64,000 nt of DNA from Candidatus Bathyarchaeota archaeon (GTDB lineage: Archaea > Thermoproteota > Bathyarchaeia > Bathyarchaeales > Bathycorpusculaceae): assembly GCA_963739305.1 (NCBI GenBank), contig CAVTZU010000018.1, positions 85,682 through 149,681 on the forward strand, read 5' to 3'. Positions 21,962-31,934 of the stretch are shown here, one piece after another. Positions within the stretch are counted from its first letter, which is position 1; each line of letters begins with the position of its first letter. Below the pieces are notes generated by a model, which had not been told where the DNA came from, did not search any database, and saw only the letters and a list, made by a program, of their open reading frames with translations. The position numbers were made by a program, and so were the translations under genes.

Positions 21962-22660
21962 TCAGAGTTTTTGGAATTTTTCTTTGATTTCTGTGATGTT
22001 GCAGTCTTCGGGTTTCATTTTTCCCTCTGTGCAGTAGCCGAGTTCGACGCATGTTGGTCCGCAGTTTTCGAAAAGTGTGGGTGTGGCTTTTTTTGCTTGT
22101 TTCAGCATTTCTTCGGCGGTTTGTCTGATTTCCCATTGTGCGCGGCGGCAGCATCTTAGGTTGAAGAAGTGGCGGAGTTCTCTTGCGTTCATTGTTACGA
22201 TTATGTTGGTTTTTGCGGCGTTTGGAAGGATGAATCTTGAGTCTTCTTTTGGTATTCCTAGTTTGAGGAGTTTTTGGTAGGTTTCGGATATTTTCTCGAG
22301 TGTCTCGGTGAAGACTTTGTTTGCTTCGTTGTTGGCCGTGATGCTTGGTGGTGTCACGTATTTTTCGAGCGTGTCGTAGGTGACGTAGCGTTGGCTTTGT
22401 TGGGTGTATGAGGCGATGCGGTGTCTGACGAGTTGGTGTGTCATGGCTCTTGAGACGTCTTCGATGCTGAACGTGAACGATGCGTGTTCTATGATTGAGG
22501 TGTGTCCGTAGCCAGTTACTTTTTTGATTTTTTGTTTGGCTGTTTCGGCGTCTATTTTTTCTAGGATTTCTGTGGGTTTTCCGGCTTTTATGGTGGTTTG
22601 GGCTGCTGTGCCGCATAGTAGTTCTGCGTCTGCGGTGTAGCGGAGCAGTTTGATTTTCAT
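21962..22660 (-). CDS. thyX: FAD-dependent thymidylate synthase
   Basis: GHTSIIEH and RHRIASYTQQSQRY ThyX motif. Confidence 0.95.
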   Translation of the reverse strand: MKIKLLRYTADAELLCGTAAQTTIKAGKPTEILEKIDAETAKQKIKKVTGYGHTSIIEHASFTFSIEDVSRAMTHQLVRHRIASYTQQSQRYVTYDTLEKYVTPPSITANNEANKVFTETLEKISETYQKLLKLGIPKEDSRFILPNAAKTNIIVTMNARELRHFFNLRCCRRAQWEIRQTAEEMLKQAKKATPTLFENCGPTCVELGYCTEGKMKPEDCNITEIKEKFQKL

Positions 22661-22765
22661 TTTCTAGTCTCCTATCTTTCAATGTGTGGGGGCTCGGCTT
22701 TTGTTGAAATAACAATTGCTTCTGAGAGGATATAAAACAGTTTCAATCGGGCTTTTCGGGTTGGT

Positions 22766-23830
22766 TTAGACGTGCGTGTACATGCGGTCGGCTGTGTATT
22801 TTCCTGTCTGCATTTCTTGTTCTATTTCGCGCAGGAGCATTATTCGTCTGAAGGTTGGTGGGTGGGTTGAGAACCAGCTGTTTATGGTTTTCCAGCTGGA
22901 TTTTGCTTCTTTTTCCATTGCGAGTTCGAGTTCTCGTTCGTCGAGGACTCCGTCGTGGTTAAGGTCGTATTCGTCCTTCTTTTCCATTATTTCGGCTATT
23001 TCTTGTTTTGCTAGTGAGGGGTCGCCTATGTAGAAGGCTCTGACGCCTGTTGGTGCTTTAGGGGAGAGTGAGAGTCCGTAGGTTATTTTTGCCAAGGCGC
23101 TTTCGAGGCTGTTTGGGTCGTTTGTTACGTAGGCTGAGTAGGCGTCGGCGTAATGTTCTCGGAGTCGGCTGAGTCTCATTACGGCTAGTAGTGAGATGAT
23201 GTAGACGACGTACGAGAGTATGCCGATGATGAAGAGGGCTGCGCCTATGTCGCCTTCGTTTCTTTGTCTTGATGATCTTCCTGAGAGCCATGCTGTTTGC
23301 CATGTTCCTCTTGCGACGAGGTAGGCGATGAGTGGCAGCGCGGAGATCACGGTCATGACTGCGTAGTCTTTGTGTTTTAGGTGTCCGAGTTCGTGGCCGA
23401 TGACGCCTTTGACTTCGTTTTCGTTGAGGTTTCTGAGTAGTCCTTCGTGGACTGCGAGTGTTGCTGAGTGGATTGTTCTGCCGAAGACGAAGGCGTTCGG
23501 GGTGTTGTCGGGGACGATTGCGAGTCTTGGCGGTGGTATGTTGCTTTTGTCGGCGAGTTCTTTCACGGTTGATTCGAGCCATGGGTTTTGTCCTGGTTTG
23601 AGGTATTGAAGGTGGGTGGACATTCTTACAACGGCGGGTCCGATGAGGTATTGGAAGAGGATGAAGATTGTTGGAAGGGCGACGATGAGGAGTATCCAGT
23701 AGTCTAGGCTGATGGGTGCGACGAATTGTTGGACGATGAGGAGGATTATGAAGAGGAAAGCGACGAAGATTAGGGATACGAGAAGGATGCTGGCGCTCAT
23801 TGCGAGCTTTAGTTGTCCGAGTCTTGGCAA
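22766..23830 (-). CDS. htpX: Zinc metalloprotease HtpX (M48)
   Basis: PNAF, GHELGH, SRLREHYAD and STHPP motifs. Confidence 0.88.
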   Translation of the reverse strand: MPRLGQLKLAMSASILLVSLIFVAFLFIILLIVQQFVAPISLDYWILLIVALPTIFILFQYLIGPAVVRMSTHLQYLKPGQNPWLESTVKELADKSNIPPPRLAIVPDNTPNAFVFGRTIHSATLAVHEGLLRNLNENEVKGVIGHELGHLKHKDYAVMTVISALPLIAYLVARGTWQTAWLSGRSSRQRNEGDIGAALFIIGILSYVVYIISLLAVMRLSRLREHYADAYSAYVTNDPNSLESALAKITYGLSLSPKAPTGVRAFYIGDPSLAKQEIAEIMEKKDEYDLNHDGVLDERELELAMEKEAKSSWKTINSWFSTHPPTFRRIMLLREIEQEMQTGKYTADRMYTHV

Positions 23831-24001
23831 GGTTTTTCCTCTGTTCCTATGAGTTGAAATCGTGCTGGAATTAAACTTTTCTTACCAACATCTGGGTCCT
23901 CTGGGTCGAGGGTTGTGATGCTTACTGGTTCGTTGCGTATGCCGCGGATATGTGTGGACCAAGGTGAAGGACTGGTCAACATTCCTTTTGAGTTGAAAGC
24001 T

Positions 24002-24117
24002 CTCTAAAACACCCTACCCCCCTACCTTTTTTTCGTGCGCAGTACCTTTGGAATGGCTTTGAATGGCGGTGGAGCTGGCTATTTGGAAGGAAAAGTTACT
24101 GAAAGCCATGTTGACTC
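24002..24117 (-). repeat. 116-bp dispersed repeat, copy B
   Basis: Reverse complement of 3174..3289 (about 90% identity by hand). Confidence 0.92.
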
Positions 24118-24598
24118 AGGGGTTCTTGCATAAGTTTGAACGCGTACGGTGTCCAGAAGTGAGTGTCTTCTTTTGATACGTTTGCCAACGCTTGCTCGTG
24201 TGCGCTGAACGAGGATTAGCGGAAAGGCATGGACTTGTTTAACAATTTCGCTGTAACAATCTGTCACAACCAGTTTTTCTTCTGGTTCACGAATTCCCAA
24301 TATATATAACATCGATTTTGAGTAACTTTTCAACTTCTGTAGCAGAGAACAATTCTCGGAGGAATGAGCTTCTTTTCTAGGACAAAGGATAAACTATTCC
24401 GAGAATACAGTACAAGTTCAGTGTCAGGGAATTTGTGAGAGCTGTTGGCTAGTTCGCGGTAGAGACAGGGAACAGCAAAAGGAACAAAGCTGGGAAAGGT
24501 TAGGCGATTCTTTTTTTGTTCAGACATCAACAAGCAACCTACCTGCCACTTAGTACTCCAGCGCGCATGCTAACCGATTTTACTCATAGTGAAGGCTA

Positions 24599-25441
24599 CT
24601 AGTAGTCTGCTAAGCGCGCGATTGCACGAAAAGCAACTTGACGCACCCGCACGCTGTTATCGTGGTAGATGATGTCTCGACGTTGGTCCTTTAGGCTTGC
24701 ACTGAACAAGGGGGGTCCCCGGTTCCAGTCTCTATTATTGTATTTCTTTTGGTACAAACTAATCGCTGTACGCAATTCATTTGCAGTCAGGCTTCCCTTT
24801 ATAAGGTTTACACGATACGTCTTTTCGTAGCCTTTTCTAATAGCATTCTTCGTTTCTTCCATGGTAATGCTTTCCAGAATTTCAGACAGGTTCACCAAGA
24901 TAGTGTGGGGGTTTTGGATCTTAAGAGCGCGTCCTAAAGTGCTAAAGTCAACGTTTACCATCAAGGTGCCGTGATGAAGGATAGCATCATACAGTCTGTG
25001 TTGAGCGCTCCCAGAGATTTTCTTTCTCTCTACTACTATGTTTCCGTTATTGTTGCGAGCTTGAACGCTCAGCATCCCAAGTCCTTCGACGACTCCCCCG
25101 CAAAAGAAGCTGTAAGACCTTTCTACATTCTCGATACCAACGGCCAGAGAGGGCTTCCTGACAATTATCGAATAATTCACATTACCATAGTCATGATAAA
25201 CAGCCCCACCTCCGGAGACTCTTCTGAAGATTCTGATCCCCAGCTTTTCGCAGTCAACAATGCTAGTAACAGACTTGGGATCTTGGAAATGTCCAATGAC
25301 GACGGCTGGCGGATTCTGCCACAGACGCAGAGTGTTGGGACCATTATTCTCCAGAACGGATCTTAAAATCGCTTCATCAATTGCCAGATTCATCGCAGGA
25401 TCTTCGGAACTGTAGTCGATCATTCGCCAGTTATCAGTCAT
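24599..25441 (-). CDS. Lipoate-protein ligase A catalytic domain
   Basis: NLAIDEA, RRVSGGGAVYHD, KKISGSAQ and HHGTL motifs. Confidence 0.88.
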   Translation of the reverse strand: MTDNWRMIDYSSEDPAMNLAIDEAILRSVLENNGPNTLRLWQNPPAVVIGHFQDPKSVTSIVDCEKLGIRIFRRVSGGGAVYHDYGNVNYSIIVRKPSLAVGIENVERSYSFFCGGVVEGLGMLSVQARNNNGNIVVERKKISGSAQHRLYDAILHHGTLMVNVDFSTLGRALKIQNPHTILVNLSEILESITMEETKNAIRKGYEKTYRVNLIKGSLTANELRTAISLYQKKYNNRDWNRGPPLFSASLKDQRRDIIYHDNSVRVRQVAFRAIARLADY

Positions 25442-25476
25442 ATCTTGGGCACCTGTAATGAGTTTGGTGGAAGATC

Positions 25477-26559
25477 CTATTTTCCGGGCAATGCGGCCAC
25501 AACTGCGTTTCTCAGGCATTCCCTAGTGGGCAGGGTCTTATCAAATTTCAATTCTCCATTGATGATTATTGCAGGAATTCTGCTGCATTTTTCAGCATCT
25601 ATAAGGGCTGAGGACAACTCTGGATAGACTCCATGCTGATTTATCCCCTTTCCTCTCATCCAGACTCTCACTGTGATGTCATCTTGCAAGCCCGACGTGA
25701 CATCGTTGACAAGATTGATGAGCTTACGGCACATTGAAGTCGGAGGATAAGCAACAAAAACTTCAAGCGACGCTTTTCCCATCCCGACGAAGAAGGGTTC
25801 TATCCCGTGCACGTTCCATTTCTCAAGGTTATATTTGGCTCTGTACAGCAAATTAGTCGATTTCTGTTCGTCTTCTGTTAATTTCTTTTTCAATTCGAAG
25901 ACTATTCCCAACTTCTTCTCAAAGCCGTCTATAAGAGCTGTCTTTGCTTCTTCCATCGAAACGTCTTTTCTTAGTTGGCGTTTCAGCGATGTTATCATCA
26001 GCTTCTGTTCCGTTGGCTTTTCAGTTTTGATCATTTTGTTGTAAGCGTTCACGTCAGTATTAACGAGCAGAGTTCCTTGAAATAGAAGGAAATCGTGAAA
26101 CCATTTTGGCAAAATCCCAGTCATTCTTCGTTCGCCAATATGAATTCCATCGGCATTCGCCTCAAGTTTGTCACTGAATTTTCGGAGCCCTTCAACGATT
26201 GCTGCGTTCAAAATAAAATACTCTGACAGGACAGGCGGGTAATCCGTAGTTCGCGTGTTGAAAAGTGCGGCATTCGCTGTAACAGCAAAATTCAAACTCC
26301 CCATATCCATGTAGAAAGGGTCGGCTGTGACTGATATTGCTCTGATGACTTCAACACCGTGTTTCCTGCATTCCTTTTGGTTGACGTCATCCTTGTATGA
26401 ACTGCCCGATCCAATAATCACAGAGGCTGGGCCTCGCCATAGCCGCAGTGTGTTCGGAGTCAAATTCTCTCTTCTGCTTCTAAAAATGGCCTCATTAATT
26501 GCCAGATCCATTCTCGGGTCGGCTGAACCGAAGTCAAGTAATCTCCATGTCTCAGCCAA
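25477..26559 (-). CDS. Degenerate LplA-like protein with C-terminal thioredoxin-like domain
   Basis: LplA scaffold (TWRLLD, LAINEA, TLRLW, QGTLLV) with altered active-site motifs. C-terminus PPTSMC...IPAIIINGE. Confidence 0.72.
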   Translation of the reverse strand: MAETWRLLDFGSADPRMDLAINEAIFRSRRENLTPNTLRLWRGPASVIIGSGSSYKDDVNQKECRKHGVEVIRAISVTADPFYMDMGSLNFAVTANAALFNTRTTDYPPVLSEYFILNAAIVEGLRKFSDKLEANADGIHIGERRMTGILPKWFHDFLLFQGTLLVNTDVNAYNKMIKTEKPTEQKLMITSLKRQLRKDVSMEEAKTALIDGFEKKLGIVFELKKKLTEDEQKSTNLLYRAKYNLEKWNVHGIEPFFVGMGKASLEVFVAYPPTSMCRKLINLVNDVTSGLQDDITVRVWMRGKGINQHGVYPELSSALIDAEKCSRIPAIIINGELKFDKTLPTRECLRNAVVAALPGK

Positions 26560-27283
26560 GATTGTTCACCCCAAAGTAGGGACACTTGTTTCCTAAACAT
26601 TCTTTGTTGAGGTTTCTGAAATAGCAAGGGCGTGGATCTATCGAGTTGAGGGGTCTTATGTTAAATTCTCGTTCGAGGATCTCTGTTGCCTTCTGTACCG
26701 CTGAAAAAGTGCTTGCTTTGCAGCAACGCGGACCGCCAATCTTTGCGATCATGTGAAGGGATTCAGATACAGCTTCCATTGAAAGCGTCCGTTCTTTGTC
26801 TGATAGCATGTTGGCTTTGGTTGCAATGCTCAGGGCTATGCCTACTCCCGCGGCAGCCCCACAGACACCCCAAAGTCCACACGATGCAAGAAGTACTTTT
26901 CTTCCTCTTCTTATCGCTTCGTCAAATGCTGAATCGTTGATCCCAAATGTGCCCAAGTTTCTCCAAGCAGCTAGTAAGGCGCAGCTTACGACGTAGTGGT
27001 GCTCAGGGCCATGCATTTGGACTGCAGGATGCTTCATCAAGAGGAGAACAACTTTCATGGGATCCGTTTCTTTCGTGGCTCCGCAGACTTTGTGGACAAG
27101 CGTTTCAGGAGTGGCTAGCCTGCAGCTTTCACAAATGTAGTGTCCTTCTTCACAGACGTAGTCTGCTTTCTCAGTTTTTCCGCAAAAGGAACATTTCGTT
27201 GCTTCCGAGGTCGATCGCAAGGGCTTTCCACAGACCACACAATGGAATTCTTCCAGTTCTTCTGGAGACTGTTTCTTCTTCAG
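26552..27283 (-). CDS. DUF5714-like Cys-rich protein (probable CTG start at 27283)
   Basis: CVVC, CSFC, CEEGHYICESC, MHGPEHH, CGLWGVCGAA and GPRCCK motifs. Confidence 0.75.
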   Translation of the reverse strand: MKKKQSPEELEEFHCVVCGKPLRSTSEATKCSFCGKTEKADYVCEEGHYICESCRLATPETLVHKVCGATKETDPMKVVLLLMKHPAVQMHGPEHHYVVSCALLAAWRNLGTFGINDSAFDEAIRRGRKVLLASCGLWGVCGAAAGVGIALSIATKANMLSDKERTLSMEAVSESLHMIAKIGGPRCCKASTFSAVQKATEILEREFNIRPLNSIDPRPCYFRNLNKECLGNKCPYFGVNNLG

Positions 27284-27307
27284 TGTCTTTCCCTCCGCGC
27301 GCGATGC

Positions 27308-29235
27308 TCATCCCTTAATCTTGGCTAGAGGCTTTGGCTTACTCAGCAACAGTAAAGCGGAATTGATTACCACCGATATGCATCCGGCTTCTGCAAGAAC
27401 AACTGCTAGGACTGGATTCAGGATGCCAAAAGCGGCTAAACTCAATGCAACTATGTTCCAAATGAAGGCGTAAACTATGTTCCCCTTCATTCTGTTAAAT
27501 GCCTTCCGACTCAGGCTAATCGCATACTCAACCTTTGTCAAGTCGTCTCCAAGGAGAGCTACGTCAGCAGTCTCCACGCCACATCGCTGCCAGCCGCACC
27601 CATAGCAAACCCAACATCCGAATTAGCCAACGCAGGAGCATCATTCACGCCGTCACCAACCATCGCGACTATACTGCCTTTTCTCAGCTCCCCAATGGCC
27701 TCAACTTTCTGTTCTGGTAAAAGCTCAGCGCGGTACTCATCGACCCCGATCTGTTCAGCGATGGATTTGGCAGTCCTTGCGTTGTCGCCAGTTATCATGG
27801 CAGTTTTGACTCCTAAACGCTTAAGCCTTAGTATAGCTTCCAAGGAATTCTCCCTGACCGTGTCAGCCACCACGATGACGCCAATTACATTTTTGTCAAG
27901 TGCCACGGGAATAGCTGTTTTTCCCTCGCTTTCAACTTTACTCATCAATTGACTCGCTTCTTCTGAAATCATCCGTTCCCATCATCTTGGTTCCAATCAG
28001 GATGTGCTTGTTTCCGTAATGAGCATCCACGCCGTGCCCTGGAACAGTTTTGAAGTCTGTAGGATCAGGAATTTTCATGCCTCATCTCAGTTGCCTTAGC
28101 GATGATGGCTTTGGACAGGGGATGCTCTGAGAATTTCTCGGCAATTGCTGCATACTTGATCGTGTCCGCTTCAGAGTAATTTCCGAAGGTTTTTATCTCA
28201 ACAACCTTAGGTTCGCCTAGGGTTAACGTGCCAGTTTTGTCGAAGGCCACCAGCTTAATGTCCTTTAGCTTCTCGATGTGTGTGCCGCCCTTGATTATTA
28301 TGCCGTTCATGCTGGCATTACCGATAGTGCCCGCAACAGCGACTGGAACAGCTATGGAAAGCGCGCAAGGGCATGCGACTAAGAGAACAGTCACGGTTCT
28401 GGCCAATGCCACGTCAAAACCAAGTGCGAAGTAACTCACCGCAAAGACAGAAGATGCCAAAACTGCCATGATTGGCAAGAAGTAAGTGGTAAACCGATCT
28501 GCAATGTTCTGTATCGGTGCTTTTTTCTCTTGAGCTTCTTCAACAAGTTGAATGAGATGAGCAAGCGTAGTGTCCTCAGCGATTTTTTCAACTTTGATTT
28601 CCAGTGCTCCACGTTCATTGAGTGTTCCAGCAAATGTGCGGTCTCCCACCGTCTTTTCTACAGGAATCGACTCGCCAGTTATAGTTGCCTGATTAACCGT
28701 GCTGTGTCCGGAAATCACTGTTCCGTCAACGGGTATTTTGTCGCCTGGTTTGACTAAGAACGATTTCGTCCATCTTGACCTCGTCTACGGGTATTTCAAC
28801 TTCGGTGCCGTCTCGACGTATTCGAGCAGTGGTGGGGCTCATTTTAATGAGCTTCTCAAGTGCGCCTCTTGTTCTATGGATGATGTAGTCTTCAAGCGTC
28901 ATACCTGCAAGTATTATGAACGCCACTATCGCTGATGCCGTGAGGTAACCAACTGCTTCTGCCGTGCCAGTGGCCGATGCCGAAGGCAGTACGAGACCAG
29001 CTATTACTGAAATGAAGATGGCGATAGTTGCAAACAATTGAGCGGTAACGTTCCCATGCCGCAGGGATCGAATGCCATGCAAATAGATGCGGTAGCCCAA
29101 GGCAACGGCGATCAAAGTTAAAGCAATGCTAATTTCATGCGCATAAGCTACTTGAGTCCCAGATATTAGGGCCCCTGCTAGAATGAATAGCCCAAGTGAA
29201 GCGACAAGAAGTACGCCTTTAAAATGCTCTCTCAT
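27308..29235 (-). pseudogene. Heavy-metal P1B-type ATPase interrupted by four frameshifts (pseudogene or sequencing errors)
   Basis: TGES, CPC, DKTGT, SEHP, TGDN and GDGVNDAP motifs spread over four ORFs; shifts near 28757, 28080, 27972 and 27577. Confidence 0.85.
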
Positions 29236-29492
29236 TGGATTTCCTCTCTCGATACTATCTCGACTTGGTAGCCTAACTTTTCAATGCGCTCAGTGATCTT
29301 GGAGAAGCCAATTTTCTGTGTGTCGTATTCTATGCTGACTTTGCCGGTTATCTCGTCAACTTTGACTTTCGATACTCCGCTTAACCTTGCAAGTGCGTGC
29401 CTGAGGTTTTCTGCTGCAAAGTCTGAAGCACATGCTTTGCACCCTGTGCAGTCTATTTTCGCGGTATTCAAGATCATTTTTTCAACAGTCAC
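29232..29492 (-). CDS. Heavy-metal-associated (HMA) domain chaperone
   Basis: IDCTGCKAC and L.GV..V.V..I..LGY pattern; abuts the ATPase. Confidence 0.78.
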   Translation of the reverse strand: MTVEKMILNTAKIDCTGCKACASDFAAENLRHALARLSGVSKVKVDEITGKVSIEYDTQKIGFSKITERIEKLGYQVEIVSREEIQ

Positions 29493-29543
29493 GTTAAATC
29501 ACCTTCAGTTTGAGATTTTGCGTTGTCAAATTGCTCAACCCAT

Positions 29544-29873
29544 TTAACGGCATGTCACATGCTCAATAGCTTCCTTTGTCAAAGTGCCGACAACCTCAGG
29601 AGTCAAGCTATCGATAACATTGAAAACTCTCTTATCAACAATCGAATACATTCTTTTAGTTCCATCCTTTCGGCACCTAACTATCCCCACATCTTTCAGA
29701 ATTTTCAGATGCCGAGACACGACTGGCTGCATCAATCCAACATACGGTATTATTTCACACACGCACTTCTCCTTTGTGCGCAGGAATTCGAGTATTTCAA
29801 GTCTCGTCTGGTCAGAGAGGGCATTGAAGATTCTTGCCTTCAACCTAATTTGCCTGTCAGTTTCGTGATGCAT
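29544..29873 (-). CDS. ArsR/SmtB family repressor 1
   Basis: FNALSDQTRLEIL, EKCVCEI and VSRHLKIL motifs. Confidence 0.92.
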   Translation of the reverse strand: MHHETDRQIRLKARIFNALSDQTRLEILEFLRTKEKCVCEIIPYVGLMQPVVSRHLKILKDVGIVRCRKDGTKRMYSIVDKRVFNVIDSLTPEVVGTLTKEAIEHVTCR

Positions 29874-29894
29874 GTTTATGGTAGTAATAATAAG

Positions 29895-29913
29895 AATATT
29901 TAAATATTGCTAT
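29895..29913. promoter_or_regulatory. Palindromic bidirectional TATA box / putative ArsR operator AATATTTAAATATT(GCTAT)
   Basis: Identical 19-mer at 36302-36320, at the same distance from the second ArsR start. Confidence 0.75.
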
Positions 29914-29946
29914 TAATCTACTTTCATTCACTCGAGGTAACAATCA

Positions 29947-30321
29947 ATGTCTGACATCAAGGTCACCGAAAAAGGGCAAAAGATCCTGGCCGTTTGGCAT
30001 GGAGTTCCACGCAAAGAAATCGAGTGGCATCCCACGGTTGAAAAAGAGCTATGCATAGGATGCGGGTTATGTGTGCTTGGTTGCGGAGCCAATGTTTATG
30101 CGTTCGATTTCAGTGACAACAAACCAGTCGTCGTCGCACCTCTCAACTGTAAAGTAGGCTGCGTAACCTGCGCAAACACTTGCCCAGTGCATGCGATAAG
30201 CTTCCCGCCGCTTTCATACTTGCATAAAATAATCAAGGAAAAAAAGGTTCTCACCACCAGCAGAGACGAACTCAAGAAGAGTGCAGACAGAATAGGTTAC
30301 ACCTACAAGGACGTGGAATGA
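29947..30321 (+). CDS. 2x[4Fe-4S] ferredoxin family protein
   Basis: CIGCGLC, C.VGCVTCANTCP and N-terminal WHGVPR..I.W.P motifs. Confidence 0.85.
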   Translation: MSDIKVTEKGQKILAVWHGVPRKEIEWHPTVEKELCIGCGLCVLGCGANVYAFDFSDNKPVVVAPLNCKVGCVTCANTCPVHAISFPPLSYLHKIIKEKKVLTTSRDELKKSADRIGYTYKDVE

Positions 30322-30325
30322 TACG

Positions 30326-31081
30326 TTGAAAGGAGAATCAGACGTGCCTCAAACATCAAACTTCCAATATTCTCTTTCGCTCAAGGAAACACTTGGACTG
30401 AAGTGGTCACCAGTCGCGGTCAAACTGGTCAAACCTGATGAACCCATCAACGAAATCCCTCCAAAGTCTCCCAAGAGGCTACGGTACTGTCAACTTCTGA
30501 TGGAAGGAAAAAGGGGAAAAAGCGCGACTCTAACAAACGAAAACATTGCTTGTCCTGCTGCCGCGGCAGCTTTAGGGCTTATGCCTCTTCCTGAGAAGAT
30601 CAGCAGTGGGAAGATGCTTAAAACACTCGGCCTGTTTGAGTCTGAAGAGGCTGCAGCAAAGACGATGGCGCAAATGTCAAGAATAAAACTGGGAGATGTC
30701 AAAGCAATCGCTGCTGCTCCACTTGAAAATGCGACATTCAGACCAGACGTCGTCATAATTGAGGACAACCCCGAAAGAATAATGTGGGTAAATCTGGCCG
30801 CAATTCACGAAACCGGAGGACGTCTTTCTTTCAGCTCTGCCGTTTTTCAAGCTTGCTGCGTAGATGTGACGGTCATTCCATATCTTACCAAGAATGTCAA
30901 CGTTAGCCTAGGCTGTTATGGCTGCAGAGATGCCACCGACATAGCAGACGATGAATGTCTTGTTGGAATACCAATGGAAAAACTGGACGAAATAATCACA
31001 TCGCTTAAAGCCCTAGCCCAGAAAGCCATGCCCGAAGCCCGAAACAAAGGAGTCTACAACCAGTTCGTCAAGGTTCAATAG
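30326..31081 (+). CDS. DUF169 family protein
   Basis: PVAVK, RYCQ, ACP, PDVV and SLGCYGCR motifs. Confidence 0.8.
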   Translation: MKGESDVPQTSNFQYSLSLKETLGLKWSPVAVKLVKPDEPINEIPPKSPKRLRYCQLLMEGKRGKSATLTNENIACPAAAAALGLMPLPEKISSGKMLKTLGLFESEEAAAKTMAQMSRIKLGDVKAIAAAPLENATFRPDVVIIEDNPERIMWVNLAAIHETGGRLSFSSAVFQACCVDVTVIPYLTKNVNVSLGCYGCRDATDIADDECLVGIPMEKLDEIITSLKALAQKAMPEARNKGVYNQFVKVQ

Positions 31082-31112
31082 ACGCAGCTTATACACAAAA
31101 GAAGGTTTGAGC

Positions 31113-31484
31113 ATGGAAAAAGTCAAGGTAAGACTGGAAATCTATGAGGACGACCCGTTTGGAAGCACTTGCTGCGGCCCTGGTCCCCGAGTGACTTCTC
31201 TTGCAGCAGTAGAAAAGCTGCGGAGAATGTTGGAAGAACGGAGCGAAATAATGAACAGACTTTCAGAAGAATACAAAGACAGCGTCACCATAAAAAGAGA
31301 TACCATTAACCAGAAACGATGGGATTACCCAGAGTACGTAATGAGGCTAATGTTAGACAGCAAACCAACACCTTACATATTCATCGACGGGGAACCCGTC
31401 ATAGTCGGCAAATTTCCATCCTACGAAGAATTCATAGCGTTGCTGAAAGCAAGTTTGAGAAATGAGCAAAAACAAGGCCAATAG
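31113..31484 (+). CDS. ArsD-like / thioredoxin-fold protein with vicinal cysteines
   Basis: EIYE...TCCGPG and P.IFIDGE...GKFPS motifs. Confidence 0.6.
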   Translation: MEKVKVRLEIYEDDPFGSTCCGPGPRVTSLAAVEKLRRMLEERSEIMNRLSEEYKDSVTIKRDTINQKRWDYPEYVMRLMLDSKPTPYIFIDGEPVIVGKFPSYEEFIALLKASLRNEQKQGQ

Positions 31485-31833
31485 GCAAGACTTGATGGAT
31501 AGAGTTATCAGAATCAGAAGCTGGCAAGAATTCAAGCGCTTAGCTATCAATCTCAAACCTGAGTCCGTGGTTTACAACATAGAACAGAACGGTCTTTCTC
31601 CAGAAAGAGAGCTGACCTGTTTGAGGTTGATCATGCCGACTCAAGAAGTAGCGCGCGCGCTCTACTACATTTTCCTTGACTTCCCAAGAGAGGACGACTG
31701 CGGGAAACAGGCCATTCCAATACGAAAGGATAGAAAAGGGAACGGATGCCTGGAGGACAAAGATATAATAGATTTTCTCAAAACCCAACTAGAAATAAAG
31801 GATTTGACCGTCTGTTCGTACTGGACTATCTAG
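31462..31833 (+). CDS. Hypothetical protein (contains an internal CG-run motif)
   Basis: Protein-like ORF. An alternative-frame segment LRETG near 31695 hints at compensating indels. Confidence 0.55.
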   Translation: MSKNKANRQDLMDRVIRIRSWQEFKRLAINLKPESVVYNIEQNGLSPERELTCLRLIMPTQEVARALYYIFLDFPREDDCGKQAIPIRKDRKGNGCLEDKDIIDFLKTQLEIKDLTVCSYWTI

Positions 31834-31934
31834 TGGTCACACTTCAGAAGATGGCGCGCGCTATGCTTCTAGGGAAAATGTGCGTGCTAAATCTTAAATT
31901 CTGTCTGACTAATAGTGGGATTTGGTAATTTAGT

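Noticed and set aside
24079-24533. Two short minus-strand ORFs next to repeat copy B
   Set aside because: Possibly a decayed gene, but no family could be recognised.
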